Shown: positions 1 through 12,833, counted from the stretch's first letter. The stretch: 37,259 nucleotides of DNA from Pelomyxa schiedti (GCA_020536535.1 JAHLWZ010000514.1:1-37259); one strand, 5' to 3'. Numbers and translations are program-made. The notes: generated by a model from the sequence alone, not told the origin.

Positions 1-351
1 GGAGTATTACTTACCCACCCAAAGAAGTGCCAATGCCGATGCCGGCCATAAATTACCCTTCTACTCTGTGTTACATACAACCTCTGCCCAATTGAGTGCA
101 TATGCAATAACGAGGAATCAATCCATGGTCTCAGAACCGCACAAGCTCAACTCCAGACCACAACAGTAACAAACAACCTGGGCTCTGTAGTTGTGGGTAC
201 CAAAAGCAGGCGTGAGTTGCCCTCACGTTGGTGAATAGAACATCACGTACCTGAATCAGCCAATTGATAAACCTCGCCAGAAAAAAACACTGAGTTTCTC
301 ACAGTGTTTCGGTGTGAGAGGGAAAAAATAAACACACAAAACAATTCTTCG

Positions 352-3300
352 ATGATGAGTGGCAGTGCCCGCGGAGCCAGGATGCGCGGGCGCGGGTGGG
401 CGAAGGGTGATGCATCACGCGGGCGAAGCGGCAGGGGCGGTGTCGTGCGTGATTGCGGTGCCCCCGAAGCTCCTGCGGTGCGGCGCCCCGCCACGCCCCC
501 CCGTTCCCGCTCGGTGAGTGGCGGCGAGGGTGCCGGCCCCCTCGCCCTGGCGGGCACTAAGCGTCGCCGCGATGAATCGAGCGCCGCCTCCGTGGGCGAC
601 GACAGCAGCGCAGAGGGTCGTGATGAGCACTACGGTGGCGGTGCGGGTGGGTGGTGGACAGAGCCGCCCGAGGTGGTTGTGCTGCCGGCGACGTATCGAA
701 GGGTGTTTGGCGTCGGTGTGAATGAGGCACCTGAAGTTGTTATGCACCAAGTAGAAGGGTGCGTGCTCCTCTTGCGTGTGTTTGTATGCTTATATGTACT
801 ATATTCCTTCAGTTCTTTTACATTTAATATATTACTTTTTTAGGGCAAAGACATTGATTGTCATGGAAAACCGACTATACGTGGACTTGGATCAGAAATC
901 AAAATATCTCACAACAACTGAGGTTCACCACGTGGATTTGGGCAAGGAAATCTCCATCTTTCTTACACCGCCACGAGCGGAGTGGAATTTCGATAAGAAA
1001 CGAGGAAAGCCACCAACGATACCAGACGAGCTTAAAGATCCATTGTGCAGGCGTGTGTTTGGATTTCATAAGAATGAGACACATGAGGCCATTGCGGATC
1101 ATTTCGTGAAGAGTAATATTCCCATTGAAAGGTATGACTCATCTCTTATCTGTGGAGAAATAAGCCTAACATATCCAAAGGGAAAGAGTTCACAATAAAA
1201 ATCATCACCTCTACGTCCGTTTCCCAAGTCAGCAACAAGCTGACAGTGCCAAAGAGACTATCCACTCAAGTGGCAGAACCATTTTTGCTGTAAATCCAGA
1301 AGCCGAATTTAAATTGCCATTTGCCAGCCCAAAATACATCCACAAGCAACCACAAAAAAAAGTACCACGTACCACAGGCACTGTAAGAATAACTGAACAG
1401 CAGAAGGATCTCTCCCTGATCAAAGCAAATGAGGTGAGTTACTTCATCACCTCGAGATATCCCTTCCTTTCTTTCTATCTACACTTCTTCCTCTTGACGA
1501 ATCAACACAAAAAGCCAACAACGACTCACAACAACCACACCACACAGGTGCTGAGCAACGAAGAGGTCAATACCAAANNNNNNNNNNNNNNNNNNNNNNN
1601 NNNNNNNNNNNNNNNNNNNNNNNNNNNNNNNNNNNNNNNNNNNNNNNNNNNNNNNNNNNNNNNNNNNNNNNNNNNNNCCTGCTGCTGCTATTGAGCTGGT
1701 TGAAGAGGGCCCCACCTTACGAGCCATTAAACCAAGCCTGGAAAATATCAAGAAAAACCTCACCGCTAAGAAGCTGGAGCTATCCAGGCAAATCGAGGCC
1801 GCCACTGAGGTGAGAGTTGCCCCTCTCCCCACAGTCACTCTCCCACCTCTATATATCCCTTCCTTTCTTTCTATCTACACTTCTTCCTCTTGACGAATCA
1901 ACACAAAAAGCCAACAACGACTCACAACAACCACACCACACAGGTGCTGAGCAACGAAGAGGTCAATACCAAAAACTGGTTACAAGAAACTGGAAAGAAG
2001 CTTGAGATTGAGGAAAAGCGAAATCACAGTGGTATTCGTGATTTACAAGCCTCCTTGAGATCGTTGGAAGAGATCGCTTCATCAGCAAGGAGCAGGGATA
2101 TCCTCCTAAAGCAAGTGAGGGACCAGATCAAGGTCTGTGACGTTATTAATGTTAATATATTACCTACTACAACCCGGGCATCAAAAAAATCCCAACAACA
2201 ACAACAACACAAAACACTCCCTACTTTTGCTTGCTTGCTTTCTCGCTACTCTTGAAGATATGAATTACTCACACTTATCCAGGTGCTACTGGAAGGAACA
2301 GGGGCAGAAGATCCCAGCACCAAACAATTGGAAGAGGATGATCCTCGTGCTCATCATCCTCCTGCTGCTGCTATTGAGCTGGTTGAAGAGGGCCCCACCT
2401 TACGAGCCATTAAACCAAGCCTGGAAAATATCAAGAAAAACCTCACCGCTAAGAAGCTGGAGCTATCCAGGCAAATCGAGGTATGTTGTACCTTTGTACT
2501 CTCCAAAATAATAACTTGTGGCCCGTAGACCCATGGTGACTTTACGAGACTGCTTCGTGCTCTTAATTCCCTTATTGATGACTGCTGTAGTGCACTGCCT
2601 GCACTGCCTAATACCACCCTACAAATTGGGTCCCGATCTGATGCTGTTCGCCAGGGGTCTTCCTTTGCCACCATTGAAAAGCAACTTGCAGACAACGAAA
2701 AGAACTTGAACAGATTGGGCTTACTTCACATCCAGCTTCAGGAGGATAGCACGCTGACCTCCACAGACACCGAGGAATATGCAAAACTGTGCCGGCGGTG
2801 GGGAGACTGCCGGATCCGAACCAACGAATTGCAGCACCGAGTTAAGACCTGGACACAGGTGAATCTTAAAAGCCAGAACCTATGTCATTTCCTTACTCCT
2901 TTCCCAGAACAACGAGAAAATGCACTGCGAGGAGGCACTGCCGCACACTGCTGCATCGCGGTATACTTCATCACCATCCACCACTCCTTATGTCATGTTC
3001 CCAATCCCCAGCACCAGCACGCCCCATAAAAGAACAGCACCGGGCACAACAGCACCGACCGCACCACAATCCCACCAACCCCCGCGTCATGCAGCAAAGA
3101 GTGGCGTGCCCCCGAGCACCACTCCACAGCAACACCCCCACCACCAACAATCCCTTCCCGGAACAACAATAACCGCCACCACAGCAACAGCAACAACGTC
3201 GGCAGCCGCGCGCTCCCCAGCCACCAGGCCAATAGCAGTTGTTATCACTATACCAGATGACTCCCCGGCGACCCCACCAACACCACCACCACAACCCGAA

Positions 3301-3564
3301 CCCGAACCACAAGCACCCCAGCGCCGGCCCCACTCCCCCACCCCCGCCTCCGCGCACCGCTCCTCTGCCGCCTCAACCTCGCCGCCCTCTAGCCCCCATG
3401 CCCAGGTACTCCCTGCAATGCACCAATTACACAGCAGCCATCAGCACCGCTGCCATAATCATAATCATCATCATGTTGTCCCCCCACCCGCTTCATCGGC
3501 GACCACAAGTGCCAGCAGGAATAGGAGTACCAACAACACAAGTTCAAACACTTCCCACTCGTAG
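352..3564 (+). CDS. Multi-exon hypothetical protein: basic/Gly-rich N-terminus, RRM-like domain, coiled-coil region, Pro/Thr/His low-complexity C-terminus
   Basis: ATG at 352. GT-AG introns that keep the frame include 759-843, about 1132-1180, 2481-2529 and about 2860-2907. The spliced segment RVFGFHKNETHEAIADHFVKSNIPIERERVHNKNHHLYVRFPSQQQADSAKETI resembles an RNP2/RNP1 pattern. The last exon continues ORF 2920..3564. The gene is interrupted by an N gap and a duplicated exon block. Confidence 0.6.
1457..2481 (+). repeat. Tandem duplication of a ~629-bp intron/exon block; first copy collapsed into an assembly gap
   Basis: 1457-1577 is identical to 1853-1973, and 1678-1798 is identical to 2361-2481. 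Each match is 121 bp and abuts the gap. Confidence 0.85.
1578..1677. other. Scaffold gap (100 N)
   Basis: Run of 100 N. Confidence 1.
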
Positions 3565-4510
3565 TAGGGTAGTGAGTGACTAGAAACCCCACACAGAACC
3601 CCATACAAACAAGAATTAAGCCCCCCCATCTGACTGCATACACAACACCATAACAATCAAGGAGAACTTGTTGTAATGGCGACCTCATCCTGTTCATAAA
3701 CTGTAAAAAGCCCAACCTAAAGAAAAAATTCTTGTTTGCTATCAATACTTTTCGAAAAAACGAATTAAGAGCATTTTCATATAGCCATTTTTACACTGGG
3801 GTATTCAGTATTTGTTTAACTGCTATCCACATAATCCACCCAATCATGTCCGTTCCAGATGACCCAAAGGGCACCACAACTGCAGCAACAACTAAGGCCC
3901 AATGTCCCACCAACAGTCACCGCTATCATCATTCCCACTGTTTGTGGTGCTGTGCCACTTATTGTCAGTGCAACAAAAAAAAAAAAAACGAATACAAACC
4001 AAGGCCAAGTACCAGCCCAAGGACTAGCCCAACAAATATGAGGGCCACTGGAGTGACAATGACCAAGAAGCACACCCATAGTGCCATTCCAATGTCTCTT
4101 GGCCTATGTGCAGCATTGCAAAACAGCAGTTTGCCACATGGACACTTCCTCTTCTGCATCATGACGTCAACACAAACGAATCACGCGGATGGGTGGGGGG
4201 TATAAATGAGGGTAACCGCGGTTGTTGCGCGTACCAACTTTTTGCCAGAAACACACCAACTGCCAGCGACAGTGATGCCAACAAATAACAGCGCCGCCAT
4301 GAATCCACACGCAATTGCCACGCCGGCCACCGCGCCACCTCCAAGCAACTCCAGTGCCATATAATGTGAAAATAAAAACAAACAAAAGGCCCAATTAATT
4401 GGTTACGGCGCTGTCGTTTTCTTTGGCGTTTACCACCATTTCAACCAAAAAAAAAGTGTGAAACGGGAAAAAAACTTTCGTGTCATTGGTCTTGTCAAGA
4501 CCGGCCGGTT

Positions 4511-7062
4511 TTAGTACCTGGGCCTTTTTGATGATGGTGGAGTTGGCGTTGCTGTTTGTATTCTCCAGCCTGGAAGCTTCTCTGGTGTTTTCCTTTGTTG
4601 TGCCGAGTCGGTTCTGTACCTGGGCCTTTTGCTACTGAGGCTCCTCATTTGGGGTTCCGGCTCGTGCAGAGTTGCGCTCCTTCTGCTGTTCTCGAACGAA
4701 TGCAGTGTGGCACCAATGTCAGCGCTTACAGTCTGCTGAAGCTGCTGGTTGAATTTGGCTTGTCTGGGAGTCTCCTCCATGCTGTGGCTGTGCAGAACCC
4801 GGTTGAGAAGCGGCCCCCGCGGCATTTCAAACTCGTGGTGCTGGATGTTGCACTTGGCCCACTTGAGGTAAGAGGTCAGCATGGATTCCCCGAGGTGCCG
4901 TAATTTGCTGGATTCCAGGAACAGAACGCCGAGGGCTTCCTTCAGGCTCTTTTGCGATGACAGCTGCGGCGGAAGCGGAAGTTGTTGCGCATGAAGCTTG
5001 TGCTCTTTCATCATCACCTCGAATCTGCGCTGAGTTCAGTGGAACGGAAAAGGGAAGTGAATGCGGAATGTTTACCGGTGCTCATGCGGAAGTATGAATA
5101 GCATTGTGTGGGCCGGCTTCAATTGTCCATCACTGCCAATTCTGCCCTTCGTGTTCTTACATCGGTGGCTGTATGTGGCAGCATCATCCGGCAGGTCATA
5201 TTGCACAACCCAGTCCACTGGTGGGTAGCAAGAGAGGTCGCTGCCAACCTCTTCATCATCGTCCCCTGCGTTGCTCTCCAAAATGGTTTGTCTTGCTTCG
5301 CGGATTGTTGCGGCATTAATAACATCTGTTGTAAACAAAATTCCACACCTTGCGGCACAGAACTCTGTATAAGTTTGTTTGCGGGCAAGAGGTTTCATTT
5401 GTTTGTGCAACTTCCACAAGGCAAATGATTGTGGTAAGAATGACCTACAAAAAGGTGTTAAGGGTAACCACTTTTTAAGTAGGCCAACCTAAAAATGATA
5501 GAATAAAATTCCACTTCAGCACAGACAGCAAATATTACAATCACCTTCGCATCAGCACCAGCGCGTTTTAGCAACAATAGAAGTAAGTCCATTCGTGCCT
5601 CATAATGGATGCGAACATAGTGATGAGTCAGCATCAACAGCCCAGTAGGACTTGTACTGGCAACAGTTTTCAATGGGGCAGCAGTGGGCACGCTGGGTTT
5701 GGTTTTGCTGTCAGTGGAAGGTGGAGTGGCAGAATCCAACGAAATATGACCGCGTTCACCTGGTTTCGCCTCGGCATTGAAAAAAATCGGGTCCTTTGCA
5801 AGCATACTCATGACCGCCAATACTTTTGGTTTCACGTACTTGGTGGAGATTATTGTTAAGCGGCGCCAACCAACGCCGGCAACGCCATCACCAATGCTTT
5901 CAGATACCTTCCTGGAAAACTGCTGATAGAACTGTTGTTCTAAGGCCTTCGTCTTGAATAAAACTTCCTGAGCGTCATCTAACACGAGACATGCAACGCA
6001 CTGTGGTGAGAGTACGTGAACCACAAGGTTGTTGTTTAGATCGGTGCTTGTCAGTAGCCCCGCGTGATAAAGTAGTCTCTCCAAACTTGCAACAATCACC
6101 CACACATTTCTGGATTGCTTTAGCGCAGCCCTCTCTACTACATCCATCTTGGCAGAGTATAATGTAAGTACTCTTGGTGGCTCTTCATCAGTACTGCCCG
6201 GATCACATTCGGTCTTGTGATACCGAAGTAGTTTCCTGGCGATTTCCGCAATCCGTAGAACTTGCCTAGCAGGAGCAACAATAACGGAACACACTGGCAA
6301 CCCGTCTTGATCCTCTGGCCCTTCTTTCTTAGCAGCATCGGTGGCGTTTTCCACTCGCCGCAGTTGCTGCAGGATCCGCACTTTCCGCACTGATTCCACC
6401 GCAGGTATGAGATATGCCAGAGTTTTCCCACAGAGGGCGCCGGACATGAAAACGTCTTGAGTCTTGTTCTTCCCATTGCCACCATCCGGCGGCTGGCTTA
6501 CAGCCAGAGCCGCTCGTATTGCTGCGTACTGCATCGGAGTCATTGCGTCATAGTTCAGAACCCGCTCCAGAGACTGCAGCGTGGCCTTGGAAACCGGGAG
6601 TGAGCTAAACAGCCCAGAGTGTGCCGGCTCCTGGTCACCCACGCTATTCACAGAAGCCTTGCCACCGCCAACAACTTCCTTCCGTTTCTTCTCTTTCTCC
6701 TTCTGCTTTTTCCTCTTGTTCTTGGCCGCGTTTTTGCCCGCTGGTTTCGGCGAAGCCCCGGCGTCGGTGCCTCGGCCTCGTCCGCCATCTGAAGCCACGG
6801 TTCCTCCGTTTTCGGGTTCGGGCGTTGTTTTCTCCTCCACGATTCCTGGTGGCGTTTCATCCTCAGCCCTCGCAGGCGAACTTTGTGATCGTTTTTCAGG
6901 GGGCAGGTCCGGTTGTTGTTGCAATTGTGGGAATTGCGTGCGTTGGGTTGTAGTACAACCGTTTGGTTTTTGGACCGTTGCGGTAATGTGTTGATTCGCG
7001 TCCACGGCCCCCCGGGACGCGCGTGTAATAGTTGTACTCATCGTCGGCCGGCGGCGTCGCAT
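4511..7062 (-). CDS. HAS1/DDX18-like DEAD-box protein with degenerate catalytic motifs (probable pseudo-helicase), 3 exons
   Basis: Q-motif region FSSLPVSKATLQSLE..MTPMQ, then GKTLAYLIPAVE, KVIVIF..C..VEFY, TEFCAARCGILFTTDV and VDWVVQYDLPDD..YSHR match the Has1 pattern. Two short introns near 5445-5488 and 5026-5075 join ORFs 5458..7167, 5072..5419 and 4511..5017. Start is ATG 7062 or 7041. Confidence 0.85.
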
Positions 7063-7366
7063 CGCCGTGTTTTTAATTCTATCTACGGTGTGCAACTGTG
7101 AAAAAAAGGAGGGTCGAAGGGCTTCGGGAAGCGTCTCCGTTCCCCATGAACTGTCCACCCACAGCAAACTGTTGTCAACAAGCTAGTCCAGGGTGGTCAC
7201 ATTGGGACCACCCAGGGAACCAAGTTGGAATCCTTGATGTTAGGTGAAAACGAGGTTTTTTTCAAAAAACAAACAACTGCCGCACGCGACGAATCGTAGT
7301 AGAGTAAAGAAAGTAGTAGTAGCAGCAACAGCAATAAAACAAACAAGGCCCACCAGATAGCAAGAG

Positions 7367-10229
7367 ATGTTGAAGGATTTATTTGGGTCTGGGTTTGATG
7401 TGAACAAGGTGAAGGTGTCTATCAACCTGGCTCTCACCAGGATGAAGTTACAAAAGTCAAAGAAGAGGAACTCGATAGACAACATGAGGGTAATTCCTCT
7501 TTCCACTTTCCAATTTCCTATTCGTCCTATCTGTAATTTAACACGGGGTGGACGAAAAAGCGGAAGTATATGACGCAATTCGAACAAACTGTTTTTTTAT
7601 TTGATTGTCTAAATAGAGGGAAGCAGCTGATTGTTTGAGGAAAAACAATGAAGAACAGGCTAAGTCTGTCGTTGAGTCAATAATAAAAGAGGACTATATG
7701 GTATTTAATCTCCAAGAGAAGCTGTCCTCCTAAAAAAAACCACCCAGCTGGATGCCTATGACATTTTGGAAGTTTACCTTGAGGAAATAGCTACAAATAT
7801 AAGGCTCATAACTGGCAAAGACCCGTAGGTGTTCTGCCCCGTTGCTGCAAATATCTAACAAGAGCCAGAAAGTGCCCCAGTCATCTGTCCGAAGCTATAT
7901 GCACAATAATTTACGCTGCATCCAGAATTCCTGTGGAGGAGTTTATGCAGGTTCTTTATTGCCATTTAGAATGTCATACAATCCACCCATAACACTACAG
8001 ATACGCAACCAAGTCGCCGCCCGTTACGGGAAACCTTTTGTTCAAGAGGCACTCAACAATAGTGGCAATTGTGTCAATGCCAGGGTAGGGTCTTTTACTT
8101 CATTGCAATCAACTAAAATACACAGATTATCCACAAGCTATGTGTTGCCACACCTCCTGAAACTGTTGTCTGCGAGTACCTAAATGATATCGCAAAACAG
8201 TATAATCTTGAATGGCACATAGACATTCCGACGCCAACTCCTTCTCGCACTCTCACCAATACATCTACCCAATTCCCGTCAGTTCCAAGCACCGTACTCG
8301 TTCCTAAACCTTTTATAGTGCTAATGTACACCTAGGGGTCTGTGGCATTCCCTGGACAACTCACAAATGTACAGTTTTTTAGTTACTCCCCTGTAACCTG
8401 ATCTTTTATAGTCTTCTTTTCCCAGCACACCAGCAAGTTATACTGCATTTCCTTCCATTCCCTCCTCGAATATGCAGCAATCTCAAATTCCACAGTCCCA
8501 AGTCCAAGGAACTCAGCGTCTTTACCCTTCAATTATTGGCGGATTTCCTCCAAATCCAAATGCAACTACATCGTTTCCAAGTTCTTCAGGTTTCCCACAA
8601 TCCACACCTTTTCCCCAAGTTCCTTCCTCTTCTACTGCCTTTCCGCAGGTTCCTTCATCTACCACTATGCCTTTTCCACCATCTGTCTCCACACCCTTCC
8701 CCCAGATACCGAGTACGTTCCCGCAAGTGCAATCGCCTAGCCCTTCGCCATTCCCACAAGTACCATCTTCCAACCCCTACCCGCAACTCCCATCGTATAA
8801 CCCACAGTTATCGTCAGCCTTTCCGACTCCTCCCCCTACCGCTTCCACAAATTCTTCATTTCCTCGTCCCCCAGTAACCAACAACTCTACTTTTCCGGGT
8901 ACACCAAACGCGTTTCCCTCTGTTCCTTCTTCACCCTTTCCTTCAGTACCATCCACAACCCCTTCGTTTCCTTTAGCACCTACTTCAACACCTTCGTTCC
9001 CTACAGCGCCCACCTCAAATCCTTCCTTCCCTTCAGCACCAACTACAACTCCTTCCTTCCCATCAGCTCCAACCACAACCCCATCTTTCCCCTCAACACC
9101 ATTCCCCTCAGCACCAACAACCCCGTCTTTTCCCTCTACGCCCTTTCCATCTGCACCAACTTCAACACCGTCGTTTCCCTCCACTCCCTTCCCCGCCACA
9201 CCAACTTCTACACCTTCATTCCCGTCAGTTCCACCCTCAAATTCTTCTTTCCCAGAGGCACCAAGTAAAACTTCTTTTCCACCAACTCCAACCCCATTCC
9301 CATCAGTACCTGCTTCAACACCGTTCCCGTCAGTTCCCTCTTCAACACCATTTCCCTCTGCCAGTAAACCAAGCTCTTTCCCCACTCCACCAACTTCTTC
9401 CTTCCCAACTGTCCCAACCCATAATACATTGCCGCCCAACAACCCTGCAGTATCTCCCTCGCCATTTCCCTCAGTACCCAGTAGTGAAATTCCATCAGGT
9501 CTTGACTCAACCGATTCCAACGATACAAATGACAGCGAAAACATTGAGGTTCTCCTGCCACATTCTCTAACTACATCCTAACCTCTAACACAAGGATATG
9601 TTCCCTTCTGTGCCGGTAAGAGATTGCAAGACCTTCAGGCAACCCTCCGCTCACACCCCAGATGATGTATCCAGCCTATTCCCTTCAGTACCAAATTCAA
9701 CAGCAACCCACAAACCCGGCGGCGGGAATAATTCCGGCGGCGGCGGAATGACCCTTCCCGGAGGGTTTCCACCAACACCCGGAGACCTCCAGTTCCCCCA
9801 ACCACCCAATTCCTTCAACATGAACATGAATTCCAACACACCCCAACCCACCACAACAAACACCCCGCCATACAACACAGACACCAACAGTGACATCAAC
9901 ATCAACAACAACAATGACAATGGTGGCCTGATGCTGTTCCCGGCCACATCAATTCCCTCTTCGGCCATCGTCCTCCAGAAGATCACCTCGTCCACCCATA
10001 ATGATGTCATGACCAACCTCAACACGCCGATAAACGCGGCACACTGCGACATTCCGGACCCGGCACCCGTCGCCGCTCCTGCTTCCTTGGGTATGGACTT
10101 TGGTGCTACTCCGGACTTTGACGAAATGAACAAGCTTTTTGAGGTATCCTATCATCCACATTTTTGAAAATGCAGCTCAGTAATCACTCCAATTAGGCAC
10201 TCAAGAGCAAAAGAACAGAGAAGCCCTAA
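7367..10229 (+). CDS. IST1: IST1 homolog (ESCRT-III-associated regulator of Vps4) with a very long FPxxP-repeat linker
   Basis: Spliced N-terminus MLKDLFGSGFDVNKVKVSINLALTRMKLQKSKK..REAADCLRKNNEEQAKSVVESIIKEDYMLDAYDILEVYLE..LSEAICTIIYAASR..ARYGKPF..IIHKLCVATPPETVVCEYLNDIAKQYNLEW is colinear with the Ist1 domain. The C-terminal MIM1-like DFDEMNKLFE|ALKSK forms across intron 10144-10196. Confidence 0.93.
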
Positions 10230-10371
10230 CCATTTTTGTATGTAGTTTGGGCATTTGACATAAAAAAAAGGATGAAAAGCTTTTGTATTGATCTGTATGG
10301 GCATGACCCGTTATCCATTTAGAGAGGTTGGTGTTAAAAATGCCGGTGTGTTTGAGGAGTGTTAGAGTCGG

Positions 10372-12833
10372 TTACTCCGCCTTGAGCTGTTCATAGATGT
10401 AGCGCACAAATATTAAACTGCTGGAGAAGCCCACAGTGCCGAGCATAAGGAAGAATCCGAAACAGGCAAGGAAGGTGTAGCCAAAAAAGTAGGAGCCCTG
10501 GAGAATGCCACTCATGGCAGAGCGGGCACTGTAGTAGTACCAGCTGTTTCCTTGTTAGTTAAGACAAACAAAGGAGTGGGACAAAACCTGTAAGCAAAGA
10601 CAAAGAAACTGGCGGACCTACATATGTTTAGGTAATGGGAAATCAACTTTGGAAGGGTGCATACCCTCCACACAGGAAAGACTTCCACCACCAGCGATGA
10701 TCTTCCAGAGATAGTTGGAAGTAGGTAACGGCGGTGGTGATAGAGGCAGTGACAACAATAAGTATAATGAACACGAGGAACAAAATGCCGTAGAGACTGT
10801 AATAGCTGTGGCCCCAAAGAGCTTCAAAGATGTAAAACATCTCTATGTAGATGGCACTGGCGCATGTTAGTGAAAGTAGGCCTTGGATGATGAACCAAAT
10901 TTACACCTGAAAGGAAGAAATCCGGCAGCAGCCATCTGGAAGGGTAGAGTTCGGTACCACGGCGTTGGTGGGATTTCTCTAACTGCATTTGCTGTACGGC
11001 AAGGAGCATAAAACGAGCCTGGGTTGAAATGTGAGGGGAAATATTGTTTGAGTGCTACAGCGAACCAGTAGTGCGTCTTCCAATAATTCCACCAATTAGA
11101 TACAGTGGTACTCCAACAATTACGTGAATCATCAGAACCTCAACGATAGTCCAGAATGGGATGGACATTGTTGAGCCTTTAGCTGCTGCAATTGTATTGA
11201 CCCACTGAACAAACAGGGTTAGGGGCTTATATGAGAGCACAACTTACGAAGAAGATCAGCCCAAAAGGAATCGCAAAGAGCGTTGCAGTAAGAATAATCG
11301 TCCATGACCACTTCACACCACCCATTTGTTGGAATAAACGGGCTGCAAAGAAGCCTCCAATCCCTGTATCATACGTTATGTGCTGTGAGAAAAAGAGGTA
11401 CTATACCAGAAGACAAGGCATACAAAACTATAGCAGATGTATACACAGCTCCACCCATTTCAGGATGGAAGAGACCTGAAAGAGGTAAGTAATACATGCA
11501 GAAAACCTTGGGTACCTGTAAGAGACAGTAAAATAACCCCCAAGGCAGTCGCAAAGAACTGGCAACCAAGACCATAAAAGGCACAAAAGAGTGTTTTTGA
11601 CGATGGGAAACGGAAGACGTCATGGTGCACAAGTTTCCAGCCGTAATCCTCGTCCGGGGTCTTGGAAGCTTTGAAGCAAAGCTAAGATAATTTCGGGAAA
11701 ACACAAAAGAATACATACCGCCTTCACGAGACTTACTCGTTGAGGACTCATAGCGATTAAAATCGTTCTTTAGGATTCTCATCACAATAATAGCTAAAAA
11801 CCTAACGCAAAGTGAACTTCAGAGGAAGGGGAGAAACGGAAGGGGAAAAACCCTGTAAGGAGAACAACAAGTACGAGGGAGTTCATGATTGACAGCCAAT
11901 GAATTTCCATTTCTTTTCCAAAGAATGTGTCCTTGTAAAGGTCGTACCTAACCCCATTAACATCAAGCAGTAAGAAGCATAGATGTACCTGTGGTGATAC
12001 GGGAACGAAGTATTGCTCCAGGTTACAGAGTATGTAAAATTAAAATCAAGAAGAGTTCCCTCCGTGAGTTCAACAACTCGGTCAGTGTACGAGCTTATGT
12101 TCACTTGAATGATCTGAGGAGTAATGAGATGAGGAAATATTCGCAACGATACTCAACTCGGTTCCTGTTCTTGGAAATCGAGAAGTCCATATGTGTGAAC
12201 AAGTAAGTACGCTTGTATGGACCTTCAGGAGGGTCTTCAAACCCAATAAAACCGTGAACAGGTAAATCCTCTTGGGAAAAGTAAGTGCTAGAAATGAAAG
12301 GGAGAACTCACCTATCAGCATTTCATAGTAATATTGGTTGGAAATTGCATGTTTAAACGAAGCGACATTTTGTTCCGTGAGTTTGCGATGGCAAAGAACA
12401 ACGTTATTGGCCTCAACACCAAACCTAAGGATATACACGTGAGCCAGAAAGTAAAAAGAAGCATACTGCGGAAACCGTACTCTATCTTGTACATTGCAGC
12501 CCTAATTGGTCTGTCTCCTTGCAGTCTCTGTGAGAGAGTTGTGCTTTTCCTGATGTGTGAATCCGGAACACAAAACGGCATAGCCCACATCCTATACACC
12601 TATGTTTTTTGTTAACAAAAAACCAAAAAACCAAACAAAAAAAAAAAAACACAAAACCACAACGTTACGCTTTTCCCCCTACACATACATACCTCCATAG
12701 GATTGTTATAAGGCCCGATGGTGTTGAAAAAAACGGGGACTGGGTCGCCGGTATTGTAGCGGCCCCCGCACGACACACCCGAGATCCACACGCACGCACA
12801 CACGACCGCTATCGCCAACACCCCTCCCTTCAT
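10372..12833 (-). CDS. Transmembrane 9 superfamily (nonaspanin/EMP70) protein, TM9SF1-like
   Basis: Signal peptide followed by [22 protein letters not shown]; YYYEMLI; [14 protein letters not shown]; NDFNRYE; [15 protein letters not shown]; [17 protein letters not shown]; and a C-terminal [22 protein letters not shown]. Many short GT-AG introns. Confidence 0.95.

Noticed and set aside
1-557. Minus-strand ORF 243..557 and intron-like signals near 15 and 186-250
   Set aside because: The ORF is antisense to the GC-rich first exon of the plus-strand gene. A gene may run off the left edge, but all three frames after the putative intron stop quickly.
3732-4205. 157-aa ORF between convergent genes
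   Set aside because: No recognisable motif, includes an A-run, and starts at a non-ATG codon; probably 3' UTR or intergenic.
8777-9544. 255-aa Gly/Glu/Val-rich minus-strand ORF
   Set aside because: Antisense shadow of the IST1 FPxxP repeats.
10144-10196. GTATCCT donor resembling a U12-type intron (also GTATCC near 14694)
   Set aside because: No TCCTTAAC-type branch site, position +8 deviates, and donors in this window are generally degenerate.
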